From Pseudomonadales bacterium (GTDB taxonomy: Bacteria; Pseudomonadota; Gammaproteobacteria; Pseudomonadales; UBA7434): DNA of 59,482 bases. The notes beneath the pieces are model-generated. The model made no database searches, was not told where the DNA came from, and was given only the letters and a program-made list of their open reading frames with translations. The first letter of the stretch is position 1. Every line of letters begins with the position of its first letter. Where the stretch lies: the NCBI GenBank assembly GCA_965659815.1, contig CBFHXO010000001.1:1-59482 (forward strand). Direction: 5' to 3'. Positions 10,873-20,313 of this stretch are shown piece after piece. Both the position numbers and the translations under genes were made by a program.

Positions 10873-12966
10873 TCAACTAATATCCAAAAACTCATAATCC
10901 ATCTCACTCAACGGCATCTGCAAATAACTTCCCTGCACATACGGCACCCCTGCCTGCCAAAGCTGTGCCAACTCCCCTGCACTATTAACCCCACTTGCAA
11001 TACAAACAATATTCAATTCCGCCGACAGATCAATCATCTCCTTAATCAACCCTGGCTGCGCCTCTTCACCACTCATCTTATCGGTCAACTCAACACTCAG
11101 CTTAATAAGATTCGGCCTCAAAGCATTCAACAATTCCATATGCTCTGTCCCCACATTGGATAAACACACCTTATAATCATTTTCCCGCAACTGCGTCACC
11201 AACTGCCGCGTATGCTTTTCATAATCCATGGCATCGGCAGCTTTAATCGAAAAACTCACTGCACCTTTTGGAATCTCACCCATTTGCAGCGTACGTGACA
11301 CCCAAGCAAAAAAACCATCATCCATCACTGCACTGGCAGTCAACGAAATATTCAATTGTATATTGTTGTCCGCAACCAACACTTTGAGCTTATCAATACC
11401 TTCATTGATAATCCACCGATCAAGCTCAGCATTGGTTTTTTCTATGCCCAAACTGGCTAACAATTTCTCGGCACTATCATCACGCCCTGCATCGTTCTCA
11501 ATATGCAGCACCGTGTCATAAAAGTGCGTCTCCTGTTTTTGCAACGCAATAATCGGCTGGTATTTAAGCCTGAAACGATTAAGCTCCAGCGCCGATTGCA
11601 ATGCCGCCGCACCTTCAGCATTGTCAATTTTCGGTACATACATCGTATAGCCACTCTCACCATCAAGTTGCTTTTCGGCCGATGCTTTAAAGGCGCGATC
11701 CAGAGCATCCTCGATATTAATATCCGCAACACCGTATTTGGATATGCCGACAGCAAGAGCAGCCTTAATACCCTTGGCGTGATCACCAATCACTTGCGTA
11801 TTGATAACCTCACACAGCCGCTCCGCCAATTCAGTAGGCTCATAGGAATGACTGCCAGGAATAACAACAACCCAGCTTTCTTTTAAATAGTCAAACACGT
11901 GCGCTTCAGGTGGAACCAACTCACGCACCATTCGCGAGACCTCATCAATTAATAACAAGTAATTGCGCAGCCCCAACTTTTTACGCTGTGCCGTATTGCT
12001 GGCTATCGAGGCAAAAAATATGCTTCCTTTGCCTTCCAGTCGCTGGATTTTTTCCATATCAAAATCGACACTGCTATCAGCAGCCGATTGCTCGCAGCGC
12101 TGCCGGCTTGCTAGCGGACGCAATATTACCTGCGTACACGACTCACCCTCGTAACTTGCCAACGCCAACGCCAGTTCAACTTTAAAGATTTGACCATCGG
12201 CCGACATAGCCTCTACCTCAACGCCGGATTCTTCTTTACTGCCTAACTGGTACTGCCTTAACAACGGCTTGATAACAACCTGGTCTTTACCTGTTAGCAA
12301 ATCAATAAATGGAAAACATTCCAGGTGATCAGCGCTTTCGAATTTTAAAAGCTCAGCAAAAACCGGGTTGGCATGAACTATCATACCGTCAGTCACATAG
12401 GCAATAGCCTCAGTGGTTGAATCCATAAGTAACTGGCTACGCGCATTCGCTTCAGCTAATACCTTTTCGGTATCTTTGGCCAGAACTCGATCGCGCTGCG
12501 ACTGAATTTCACGGTCGGCAACAAACAATAAGCGTTCCGGCTCTTCGCTGGTAATATAGTCTCGAAAGCCACACTGCATAATCTGAGTCGCATTGGTCGG
12601 AGAATAGGATTCATCAATAAAAATGGCATGAACCGTTGAGTTATTTTTGTCGATGTAATTACCAATAAGCGCAGGTAAGTACATTTTTGAACTGCCAAAT
12701 GCCAAAATAATATTCCACTCGCGATTTTGTAAAGATTCATTTAAATCCTCTACCGAAGTGATGCGGTGCGCCTGCGTTATCCAATCCGCATCTTTAAATA
12801 TGCTTTTAGTCTCGTTGGCTTGGGCAGGATCTTCATGCGCAATCAGCAATCGAATACTGCGCTTTTCCAGTGCGTCCCCGGCATCGCGGCCAAGCGCAAC
12901 CGATGGATTCCTTGCATCGTCGGTAGACTCATTGATCTGTGTGGCGGTGTTAGTACTACTATTCAC
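10873..12966 (-). CDS. fimX: FimX-like c-di-GMP sensor (REC-like, PAS, degenerate GGDEF, degenerate EAL)
   Basis: 697 aa with a GTG start. PAS region TTEAIAYVTDGMIVHANPVF. EAL-like YQPIIAL is kept, but the EAL signature reads DTVL and DDFGTG reads LSNVGTE. Lies next to serB and parC, as fimX does in P. aeruginosa (from memory). Confidence 0.65.
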   Translation of the reverse strand: MNSSTNTATQINESTDDARNPSVALGRDAGDALEKRSIRLLIAHEDPAQANETKSIFKDADWITQAHRITSVEDLNESLQNREWNIILAFGSSKMYLPALIGNYIDKNNSTVHAIFIDESYSPTNATQIMQCGFRDYITSEEPERLLFVADREIQSQRDRVLAKDTEKVLAEANARSQLLMDSTTEAIAYVTDGMIVHANPVFAELLKFESADHLECFPFIDLLTGKDQVVIKPLLRQYQLGSKEESGVEVEAMSADGQIFKVELALALASYEGESCTQVILRPLASRQRCEQSAADSSVDFDMEKIQRLEGKGSIFFASIASNTAQRKKLGLRNYLLLIDEVSRMVRELVPPEAHVFDYLKESWVVVIPGSHSYEPTELAERLCEVINTQVIGDHAKGIKAALAVGISKYGVADINIEDALDRAFKASAEKQLDGESGYTMYVPKIDNAEGAAALQSALELNRFRLKYQPIIALQKQETHFYDTVLHIENDAGRDDSAEKLLASLGIEKTNAELDRWIINEGIDKLKVLVADNNIQLNISLTASAVMDDGFFAWVSRTLQMGEIPKGAVSFSIKAADAMDYEKHTRQLVTQLRENDYKVCLSNVGTEHMELLNALRPNLIKLSVELTDKMSGEEAQPGLIKEMIDLSAELNIVCIASGVNSAGELAQLWQAGVPYVQGSYLQMPLSEMDYEFLDIS

Positions 12967-13029
12967 AACTAGGATTCCTATTTTTACTTGTCACGCTGGT
13001 ACTGGCACACTTGGCTTATAAATAACGCA

Positions 13030-13065
13030 ACAACTATTACAACTATTACAATTATTACAACTATG
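13030..13065. repeat. 4 x 9-bp tandem repeat (ACAACTATT) upstream of fimX-like gene
   Basis: Units are acaactatt, acaactatt, acaattatt, acaactatg, read directly. Located 64-99 nt upstream of the GTG start at 12966. Confidence 0.85.
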
Positions 13066-13122
13066 GATTCTATAACTATTTATATTTAGTCAATACTTAT
13101 GTGCTATTAAACCGGAGTATCT

Positions 13123-14889
13123 TTACTCGTAATATTTTTCATCGCTCGAAGCCAAGCGGCCAACGACATTCTCTACAGGCGCTTCGTCTTCGGCTAATGT
13201 CTTGTAACTGTAAAGACCAAAACTAGCGCTTTGCTCAAGGCACTCATCCAGCAACACTTGCTTTCGACTATCGCCGACTACCAATACCGCCGAAGCCTTA
13301 CCCTTTAGCGATAATCGCGGGGTCAAAATCCTCGGCTGGGCTGAACTGGCATTACCTGGGACACCGACAACTGCATCGATTGGCAATAAAAACGCAGTGA
13401 GCAAGTCTGTGCCGTGGGTGCTGTGAACAATTTTGAGTGCGCAGGCTTGTATATTCGGGTCGAGTAATTCAATGCCAAGCGACTTTTTGTCATCGTCTGT
13501 TTTACTCCAACGAACAATCGCAACATGCCAATGCTGCTGTTTGAGGTTCTTAATTCCCAGCAGACTGCCAGTTTTATAGCGCTTGAGGGCACTACTACTA
13601 CCTAACAGGCAGTATCCCTTGGCGTTTAAATCTTTAATACTCAGCCGCTGAATAGGAAAATCACGCTTGTGTTCGGCAACATCATTTTTAGCCTGATGGA
13701 TAATTTCACTTTCAATGGCGTCACCAACAGAGCCAAACTGGTGCCAGTTAGTCGAATAAATACTGCTCCACACATCGTTGTGTTCACGGCTGTGGCGAGG
13801 GTTAACATCGGAAGAGTCAAAGTTAACATCGCAGTGAGTAATATCGTTGAAGTTATTATCGCGACTCGCTGTATCGACGCCCATACTGATAGTCGTAGCC
13901 CGATGGTAACGATCAATATAACCTTCAAAACCCATTTCATCACAGAGGTAGTAATGCACTGCAGAAATTCCAGCGCAAGTTTCCAATACCGCATCGCGTG
14001 CATCGGCGGCAGCAAAACTCGGTAAGTGACGAGGAAACACCCGGGCCACCGAGGGGCCATAACTCAACTTTAAATTGTCCGCTAGCGCCACCGACAAACG
14101 ATTTGCCGACAATAGGGCCGCCATTTCTGTAAAGTCAAAATAAACACTGTCTACATCGTTTTTAATCGACCGTATCCGTGATGGGGAATGATCACAACTT
14201 AACTTCACCGAATAATACGTCTTGTCGCCAGGCTCTGAACTAATGCGCACACCCGCCAAGGCACCACGAATAAGCTCGGTTAAACTTTCAATTTGTGCAT
14301 TACTCAATTTTTCCGGGCTGGCACAGTTCAAGGCCACCACAGTTTTATAATCGGCCAATAATGTTAACGCCGCTGACTCACTGTGTGCATCGCTTACCGA
14401 GTATTCAAACATGGCGTGTAAAGCGTGCCAGCAATCGGCCGGTGGTAACTGATACAGATTGTGCGAGGCAATAATCGCTTCACATAGAAATTCACTCGCT
14501 TTAAGCAATAGCTGCTCACAGTGCACACTGCTGTTGATTGCTTGCTGTTTTTTCGCCAGGGAGTAGTACAACTGGCCAAACAAATTAAAGAACTCGCGGC
14601 GTTTGCGATAGATATCGATTTGGCGCTCGTTAGTACCGCACAACAGCAACAAGCCTTCGGCCGCGGTAGCAATAGGCTCGGCCAGTACCTCTAGCAGCTC
14701 AACCATTTCACCCAGCGTACACTCTGATGCGCGCAACTCATCGCCCGCCTGCAACAACTGCTTGGCCAGCGCCATACTATCTTTGCGTGGCAGCACACTT
14801 GCCCAGGCAAGCAAGCCCCCTGCGCCCGGGTCGCAAAAGCGGAAAGTCGGCAATTCTCGCCGCTGTTTGTTTTTTCGGCTAAAAAACAT
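13123..14889 (-). CDS. hypothetical protein with C-terminal PilZ-like beta-barrel region
   Basis: 588-aa ORF with protein-like composition. The segment IQRLSIKDLNAKGYCLLG...GSLLGIK...WHVAIVRWSK...LGIELL resembles the PilZ D-x-S-x-x-G core, but no canonical RxxxR is seen. Confidence 0.6.
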   Translation of the reverse strand: MFFSRKNKQRRELPTFRFCDPGAGGLLAWASVLPRKDSMALAKQLLQAGDELRASECTLGEMVELLEVLAEPIATAAEGLLLLCGTNERQIDIYRKRREFFNLFGQLYYSLAKKQQAINSSVHCEQLLLKASEFLCEAIIASHNLYQLPPADCWHALHAMFEYSVSDAHSESAALTLLADYKTVVALNCASPEKLSNAQIESLTELIRGALAGVRISSEPGDKTYYSVKLSCDHSPSRIRSIKNDVDSVYFDFTEMAALLSANRLSVALADNLKLSYGPSVARVFPRHLPSFAAADARDAVLETCAGISAVHYYLCDEMGFEGYIDRYHRATTISMGVDTASRDNNFNDITHCDVNFDSSDVNPRHSREHNDVWSSIYSTNWHQFGSVGDAIESEIIHQAKNDVAEHKRDFPIQRLSIKDLNAKGYCLLGSSSALKRYKTGSLLGIKNLKQQHWHVAIVRWSKTDDDKKSLGIELLDPNIQACALKIVHSTHGTDLLTAFLLPIDAVVGVPGNASSAQPRILTPRLSLKGKASAVLVVGDSRKQVLLDECLEQSASFGLYSYKTLAEDEAPVENVVGRLASSDEKYYE

Positions 14890-14929
14890 TCGTTATCGCA
14901 GGTGTAAACCTATTTTGCTGGAATACGTG

Positions 14930-14951
14930 AAAAACCCGCCATTCGGCGGTT
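14930..14951 (-). terminator. hairpin + U-run (candidate intrinsic terminator after epmB, or leader structure of the 588-aa gene)
   Basis: Minus strand reads CCGCC-GAAT-GGCGG-G-TTTTT. It lies about 130 nt downstream of the epmB stop and only about 40 nt upstream of the start codon at 14889. Confidence 0.45.
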
Positions 14952-15081
14952 CCTTATTGAGTATAGGCAGTGATTGATTCTTATGCCGGAAATAGCGCAA
15001 ATTGTTGTCGGCTAATAATCGCCACAATCATACTATTTGGCTGTGCTAGATATAAACTGTAAGTGGTTGAATTTACGATAG

Positions 15082-16179
15082 TTATTGTATAGGCGCGATA
15101 AGCGTTTTAGCATTTTTATTGGGCAGCTCGCGCACCAACTTTGGCAGCAGGAAGCCGGGCAGCAAGGCGGCGGCTTCGCCAACAATTTGGCGAGCTTTTT
15201 TGTCGTCTATGGCAAAGTGCGCAGCACCTGCCACGGGATCGAGCATATGGAGGTAGTAAGGCATAACACCAACGTCAAATAGCCTCTCACTCAGTGCGGT
15301 CAACGCTGCTGCCGAATCGTTAACGCCTTTAAGCAATACGGTCTGATTTAGCACAGTGACTCCCGCAGTGCGCAGTTTGGTTACAGCTTGTGCCACCTGC
15401 TGGTCGATCTCATTGGTATGGTTACTATGAATCACCATCACTTTTTGCCCCGGCCACGACTCCAGCCACTGCAGCAACTGCGTATCCACCCGCTGTGGCA
15501 ACACCACCGGTAAGCGGCTATGGATACGTAATCGTCGGATATGCGGAATAGCCGCCAATTGCTGGCCCAGCCAACGCAGATGCCTATCGCTGCAGGCCAG
15601 TGGGTCACCACCGCTAAAAATGATTTCATTAATTGCGGCGTGCTCGCGCAGATAATTCAGTGCGTCGCGCCATTGCGCCCTGCTCGGCTGGTTATCTTGG
15701 TACGGAAAGTTCCGGCGAAAGCAGTAGCGACAATTGATTGCACAGGCTTTTGATACAATGAGCAGTGCACGGCTAGTGTATTTATGGATCAGCCCTGGCG
15801 CCACATTGGCTTGTGCCTCTTGCAGCGGGTCGTCACTATAACCCGGCATGGGCTGTTGTTCCGCCAACACCGGCAATACCTGTCTTAGCAGTGGGTCATT
15901 GATATTGCCCTTTTCCATACGCTGAATAAACGGCGCTGGTGCTCGAACAGAAAAGCTTAGCGGCGCGGTATCAATGCGGCCATCGATACTCGCAACCGCA
16001 CTGCCATCCAGCGCATGCGCCGGTATATCAAGCTGGGCCAACAGCTGCTCGACCGGTAGGGTAGACTCCGACAACAGCTTGCGCCAGTCATCACTGTCCG
16101 CATCGGGCTCAGCCCCGGCTGGAACCCGGTTGAAATCATCAATTTCAGTCTGACAGGCTGGGCTGGTTCGCGTTATCAT
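15082..16179 (-). CDS. epmB: EF-P beta-lysylation protein EpmB (lysine 2,3-aminomutase-like radical SAM)
   Basis: CAINCRYCFRR radical-SAM cluster motif. Divergent from efp. Confidence 0.9.
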   Translation of the reverse strand: MITRTSPACQTEIDDFNRVPAGAEPDADSDDWRKLLSESTLPVEQLLAQLDIPAHALDGSAVASIDGRIDTAPLSFSVRAPAPFIQRMEKGNINDPLLRQVLPVLAEQQPMPGYSDDPLQEAQANVAPGLIHKYTSRALLIVSKACAINCRYCFRRNFPYQDNQPSRAQWRDALNYLREHAAINEIIFSGGDPLACSDRHLRWLGQQLAAIPHIRRLRIHSRLPVVLPQRVDTQLLQWLESWPGQKVMVIHSNHTNEIDQQVAQAVTKLRTAGVTVLNQTVLLKGVNDSAAALTALSERLFDVGVMPYYLHMLDPVAGAAHFAIDDKKARQIVGEAAALLPGFLLPKLVRELPNKNAKTLIAPIQ

Positions 16180-16288
16180 GCGGAGTTTTCCAAGTAGTGA
16201 TTTGGCACGGCTTTTAGCAGGCCGGTTAACGGCTTAAGTTTAGCTGGTGGCTTGTAATCGCCAGTACCGATACGTTTAGAGGACACTT

Positions 16289-16852
16289 ATGGGCACCTAT
16301 TCTACCAACGAATTTAAAAATGGTTTAAAACTTATTATTGACGGCGATCCCTGTAATATCGTCGAAAACGAAGTGGTTAAACCGGGCAAGGGCCAGGCGT
16401 TTAACCGGGTGCGATTAAAAAACCTGAAAACCGGTCGCAGCTGGGAAAAAACCTTTAAGTCTGGCGAAAGCGTCGAGGCAGCCGACGTCGTTGAAACCGA
16501 TATGGAATACCTCTATTGCGACGGCGAGTTTTGGTATTTTATGGACGCCGAGACCTACGAGCAGATTCCAGCCTCAGCCGAGGCGGTTGAAGATGCCAAG
16601 CTATTTTTAAAAGAGCAGGATAAATGCATTATCACTTTATGGAACGGTGCACCATTAACCGTAGCGCCACCCAACTTTGTCGAGCTCGAAGTCACCGAAA
16701 CTGACCCCGGCTTAAAAGGCGATACCGCACAAGGCGGCACCAAACCCGCAACGCTCTCAACCGGCGCGGTGGTTCGAGTACCGCTGTTTATTAATGAAGG
16801 CGAAGTACTCAAAATTGACACCCGCACGGGAGAGTACGTATCGCGCGCATAA
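16289..16852 (+). CDS. efp: elongation factor P
   Basis: 187 aa. [18 protein letters not shown] contains the modifiable Lys (the K34 equivalent). Confidence 0.96.
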   Translation: MGTYSTNEFKNGLKLIIDGDPCNIVENEVVKPGKGQAFNRVRLKNLKTGRSWEKTFKSGESVEAADVVETDMEYLYCDGEFWYFMDAETYEQIPASAEAVEDAKLFLKEQDKCIITLWNGAPLTVAPPNFVELEVTETDPGLKGDTAQGGTKPATLSTGAVVRVPLFINEGEVLKIDTRTGEYVSRA

Positions 16853-16897
16853 ATCTATTGTGTAGCATTTTCGCAGCAAAGAAAACTCACGGGCATA

Positions 16898-17896
16898 ATG
16901 AGTAGCCGCGATATTAACAGCAGCGCACAAACCGGCGCACAGCCTGGAAAATTATCCCGCGATAATACTGCCCAACGTTTAGCAACGCGGGCCAAGGTAC
17001 TGGCCCGTATTCGCAAATACTTTGCCAATGAGCAAGTAACCGAAGTTGAAACGCCGCTACTGACACGCTACGCGGTTACCGACCCGCAGCTTGATAATCT
17101 TCGCGTTGATAGCTCCTTCTATCGCGATAAGCACTTATACCTGACCACCTCGCCTGAATATGCAATGAAGCAATTGCTGTCGCTAGGCAGCGGCTCTATT
17201 TACCAAATTTGCAAGGCGTTTAGGCAAGACCCGCCCGGTCGCTTGCATAGTTACGAGTTCACCCTGCTCGAATGGTATCGATTGGGTTTTGATATGGAGG
17301 CTTTAATCGACGATGTCGCAGCGCTGGTTAACGGTGTTTGTTCGCAGCAAATCAATACTGAACTCAAGGTAGAAAAGCTAAGTTATCGCGAAGCCTTCAT
17401 TCGTACCATGGACCTAGACCCATTTGTAACTGAAAATCATGAACTCGAAGCAATAGCTACCCAAACAATTGATGTTAGCTTTACTAACCAGCCCAGTGAC
17501 GTCTGGCTAGACCTTTTATTAACTCATTGTGTAGAGCCGCAGCTTGGCAAAAGCGGTATGACATTTTTATACGACTACCCGCAAAGTCAGGCCGCATTGG
17601 CAAGACTAAGCAACGATAGTTTAGGCAATCCCGTAGCCAAACGTTTTGAGCTGTATATTAATGGTATTGAACTGGCCAATGGCTATTATGAATTAAGCGA
17701 TGCCGATGAACAGTTAAAACGCTTTGAGCACGATAATACGTTGCGTCAACGCATGGGCAAATCCGCCTGCGAAATTGACGTTGATCTAATGGCTGCGCTG
17801 CAACAGGGTTTACCCGACTGTGCCGGGGTAGCACTGGGTATTGATCGCTTAATATTGGTTTTATCCGAACTCACTACGGCAACACGCCAACCATGA
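16898..17896 (+). CDS. epmA: EF-P--(R)-beta-lysine ligase EpmA (PoxA/GenX)
   Basis: Class II LysRS-like catalytic core (TSPEYAMKQLL, FTLLEWY, GVALGIDRL). Lies directly after efp. Confidence 0.9.
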   Translation: MSSRDINSSAQTGAQPGKLSRDNTAQRLATRAKVLARIRKYFANEQVTEVETPLLTRYAVTDPQLDNLRVDSSFYRDKHLYLTTSPEYAMKQLLSLGSGSIYQICKAFRQDPPGRLHSYEFTLLEWYRLGFDMEALIDDVAALVNGVCSQQINTELKVEKLSYREAFIRTMDLDPFVTENHELEAIATQTIDVSFTNQPSDVWLDLLLTHCVEPQLGKSGMTFLYDYPQSQAALARLSNDSLGNPVAKRFELYINGIELANGYYELSDADEQLKRFEHDNTLRQRMGKSACEIDVDLMAALQQGLPDCAGVALGIDRLILVLSELTTATRQP

Positions 17897-18745
17897 TTTT
17901 AAAGCTGGCGCATGAAATTTTTTTTGGTGGGTGACAAAGTAAAACTGCCGCGTCATATCACGCTGTGGCACGCTAAGCGGCACCAATGACTCGCGTTTAA
18001 AAGCATCGGCTAGCGCAATACCTGATAAACAACCAATACCCAAGCTCGCTTCTACTGCCCGCTTAATGGCCTCAGTGTGTTCGAGTTCAAAATGAATATC
18101 TAAGTCGTTCAACAAACCGTGCATAGCACGGTCAAAAGTCTGCCGTGTGCCGGAACCCTGCTCACGAAGTATCCACTGCGCTTGTGCGAGTTGTGTATCG
18201 TCCAGTTCACCCAATGCCGCATAGGGATGGCCCGGCGCACAAAATACCACCAGCTCGTCGCGCAGCCAGGGCTCAATAAGTAAATCGGGGTGCGAGTACT
18301 CACCTTCAATTAAACCAACGTCCAAATCGAAATTTAATACTTCTTGAGCGATATGCTCGGTATTAGCCACATGTAAACGCATATCTACGCCAGGGTATTC
18401 ACGTTTGTAGCGGGCGATAATGGGAATCGCCACATAGTTGCCAATCGTCAGCGTGGCTCCCACGGTTAACTTACCCGCTACCTCGCGCTGCTCTAATACT
18501 GCCTCAACCTCTTGCGCTTCACTCATTAGCGATTCGGCCAGTGGACGCAACGCATGGCCCTGGGCATTGAGTTGTAATCGCTTACCAACCCGGTCGAATA
18601 GCGGGTTGTTATAGCGTGACTCTAAATCATTGAGCGCGCCGCTAGCGGCCGATTGTGACATGGCCAGGCTATCAGCCGCACGGCTGATATTTTGAAAGTG
18701 GGCGGTGGCCAAAAACACTTGTAGCTGTCTTAAAGTAAATTTCAT
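17861..18745 (-). CDS. LysR-family transcriptional regulator (YeiE/FinR-like), divergent from fpr
   Basis: MKFTLRQLQVFLATAHFQNISRAADSLAMSQSAASGALNDLE is a LysR HTH. The ORF track starts at TTG 18757; ATG at 18745 is preferred. The 3' end overlaps epmA by 36 nt (convergent). Confidence 0.85.
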   Translation of the reverse strand: MKFTLRQLQVFLATAHFQNISRAADSLAMSQSAASGALNDLESRYNNPLFDRVGKRLQLNAQGHALRPLAESLMSEAQEVEAVLEQREVAGKLTVGATLTIGNYVAIPIIARYKREYPGVDMRLHVANTEHIAQEVLNFDLDVGLIEGEYSHPDLLIEPWLRDELVVFCAPGHPYAALGELDDTQLAQAQWILREQGSGTRQTFDRAMHGLLNDLDIHFELEHTEAIKRAVEASLGIGCLSGIALADAFKRESLVPLSVPQRDMTRQFYFVTHQKKFHAPALKSWLACCRSEFG

Positions 18746-18969
18746 CGCTGTGCTCAATCTATTCAGTATCGGTCTGTCCGGTATCGCTTCCGGTGTTGAT
18801 ATGGATCCACCGGCACATCAGGAGCTTAGACGGTAAACTCATTAATCGGAAATACCAATATATTATATCTTTATATCCTGTTATACCAATCAATAAAAAC
18901 CTCATACACTGATATTAATCGGGCGGTATTGCCCTTCATCTTTTGCCGTTATCAATGAGGTAATGCAGT

Positions 18970-19743
18970 ATGTCCAAGCTAATGACCGAGACAGTCACCG
19001 ATGTCCATCACTGGAACGACAGCCTATTTAGCTTTAAAACCACCCGCGATGCGGGCTTTCGGTTTAAGAATGGCCATTTTGTGATGGTGGGTTTACCCCA
19101 TGAAGGAAAGCCACTGTTAAGGGCTTATAGCATAGCTAGCGCCAACTACGAAGATGAGCTTGAGTTTTTCAGCATCAAAGTACCCGATGGGCCTCTCACC
19201 TCCAAACTACAGCACTTAAAAGTAGGCGATGAAGTTTATGTCAGTAAAAAGCCCACTGGCACATTAATTACCGACCAGATGCTACCTGGCAAAAATCTCT
19301 ACTTACTGGGCACTGGCACTGGCCTGGCGCCATTCATGAGTATTATCAAAGATTATGAGATTTACGAGCAATTTGAGCGGGTGATTCTGGTTCACGGCGT
19401 GCGCGAAGTGTCGGAGCTGGCCTATAGCGACTATATTGAGCGCGAGCTGCCCGAGCACGAATACTTTGGCGAACTGGTGCGCGAAAAGCTGCTGTACTAC
19501 CCCACCGTGACCCGCGAGGCGTTTAGGAATAATGGTCGTATCACTAACCTTATGACATCGGGCAAGCTGTTTTTAGATTTGGGCTTGGCCAGGCCGAATC
19601 TGGACGACGACCGGTTTATGCTCTGCGGCAGCCCGTCGATGCTGAAGGATATGACAGCAATTTTGGATGAGCGGGGCTTTAAAGAGGTGCGCAATGGCAA
19701 CCAGGGCCACTATGTCATTGAACGGGCGTTTGTTGAGAGCTAG
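18970..19743 (+). CDS. fpr: ferredoxin-NADP+ reductase
   Basis: LRAYSIAS FAD-binding motif and LLGTGTGLAPF NADP motif. 257 aa. Confidence 0.92.
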   Translation: MSKLMTETVTDVHHWNDSLFSFKTTRDAGFRFKNGHFVMVGLPHEGKPLLRAYSIASANYEDELEFFSIKVPDGPLTSKLQHLKVGDEVYVSKKPTGTLITDQMLPGKNLYLLGTGTGLAPFMSIIKDYEIYEQFERVILVHGVREVSELAYSDYIERELPEHEYFGELVREKLLYYPTVTREAFRNNGRITNLMTSGKLFLDLGLARPNLDDDRFMLCGSPSMLKDMTAILDERGFKEVRNGNQGHYVIERAFVES

Positions 19744-19853
19744 TTAAAAGTGAGTTAGCGCGCGTTTTTAACCAGCTAAACGATCGCTAATTATTTGGCT
19801 ACGCAAATGCGGTATGCTCCTATGATTATTGATTGAACGCGAGCGCATGAACC

Positions 19854-20300
19854 ATGGCATACAATTTAGAAGAAGTATCGGCAAAACTGGAAATTCAGGA
19901 CATGCTTTACCGCTATGCCCAGCTGATTGATGCCAAAGAATTCGATAAGCTCAATGAAGTGTTTACCGCCGACGCCCATATTGATTACAGCGCTATGGGT
20001 GGCTCAAAAGGCAACTATGAAGAAACTGTGACCTTTCTTAAAAAGGCAATGACCAGCGTCTTTCCTAATAGCCAGCATTTGAATGCCAATATGCAAATCA
20101 CGCTGGCGTCCAGTGAAAATATCACCGAGGCCAGTGGCCGCATTATGTGTTACAACCCCATGGAGATGTTAGTGGATGGCGGACCAGAATCTAAAATTAT
20201 GATGTGTGGCCTTTGGTATCTGGATGAGTATGTCAAAGTCGATGGCATTTGGATGATGAAAACCCGCGTTGAAGAGAAAAGCTGGTTTTTTAATATGTAA
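19854..20300 (+). CDS. NTF2-fold / SnoaL-like protein
   Basis: IQDMLYRYAQLIDAKEFDKLNEVFTADAHIDY is typical of SnoaL_4-type NTF2 proteins. Confidence 0.7.
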   Translation: MAYNLEEVSAKLEIQDMLYRYAQLIDAKEFDKLNEVFTADAHIDYSAMGGSKGNYEETVTFLKKAMTSVFPNSQHLNANMQITLASSENITEASGRIMCYNPMEMLVDGGPESKIMMCGLWYLDEYVKVDGIWMMKTRVEEKSWFFNM

Positions 20301-20313
20301 CTGATTGGCCCAC

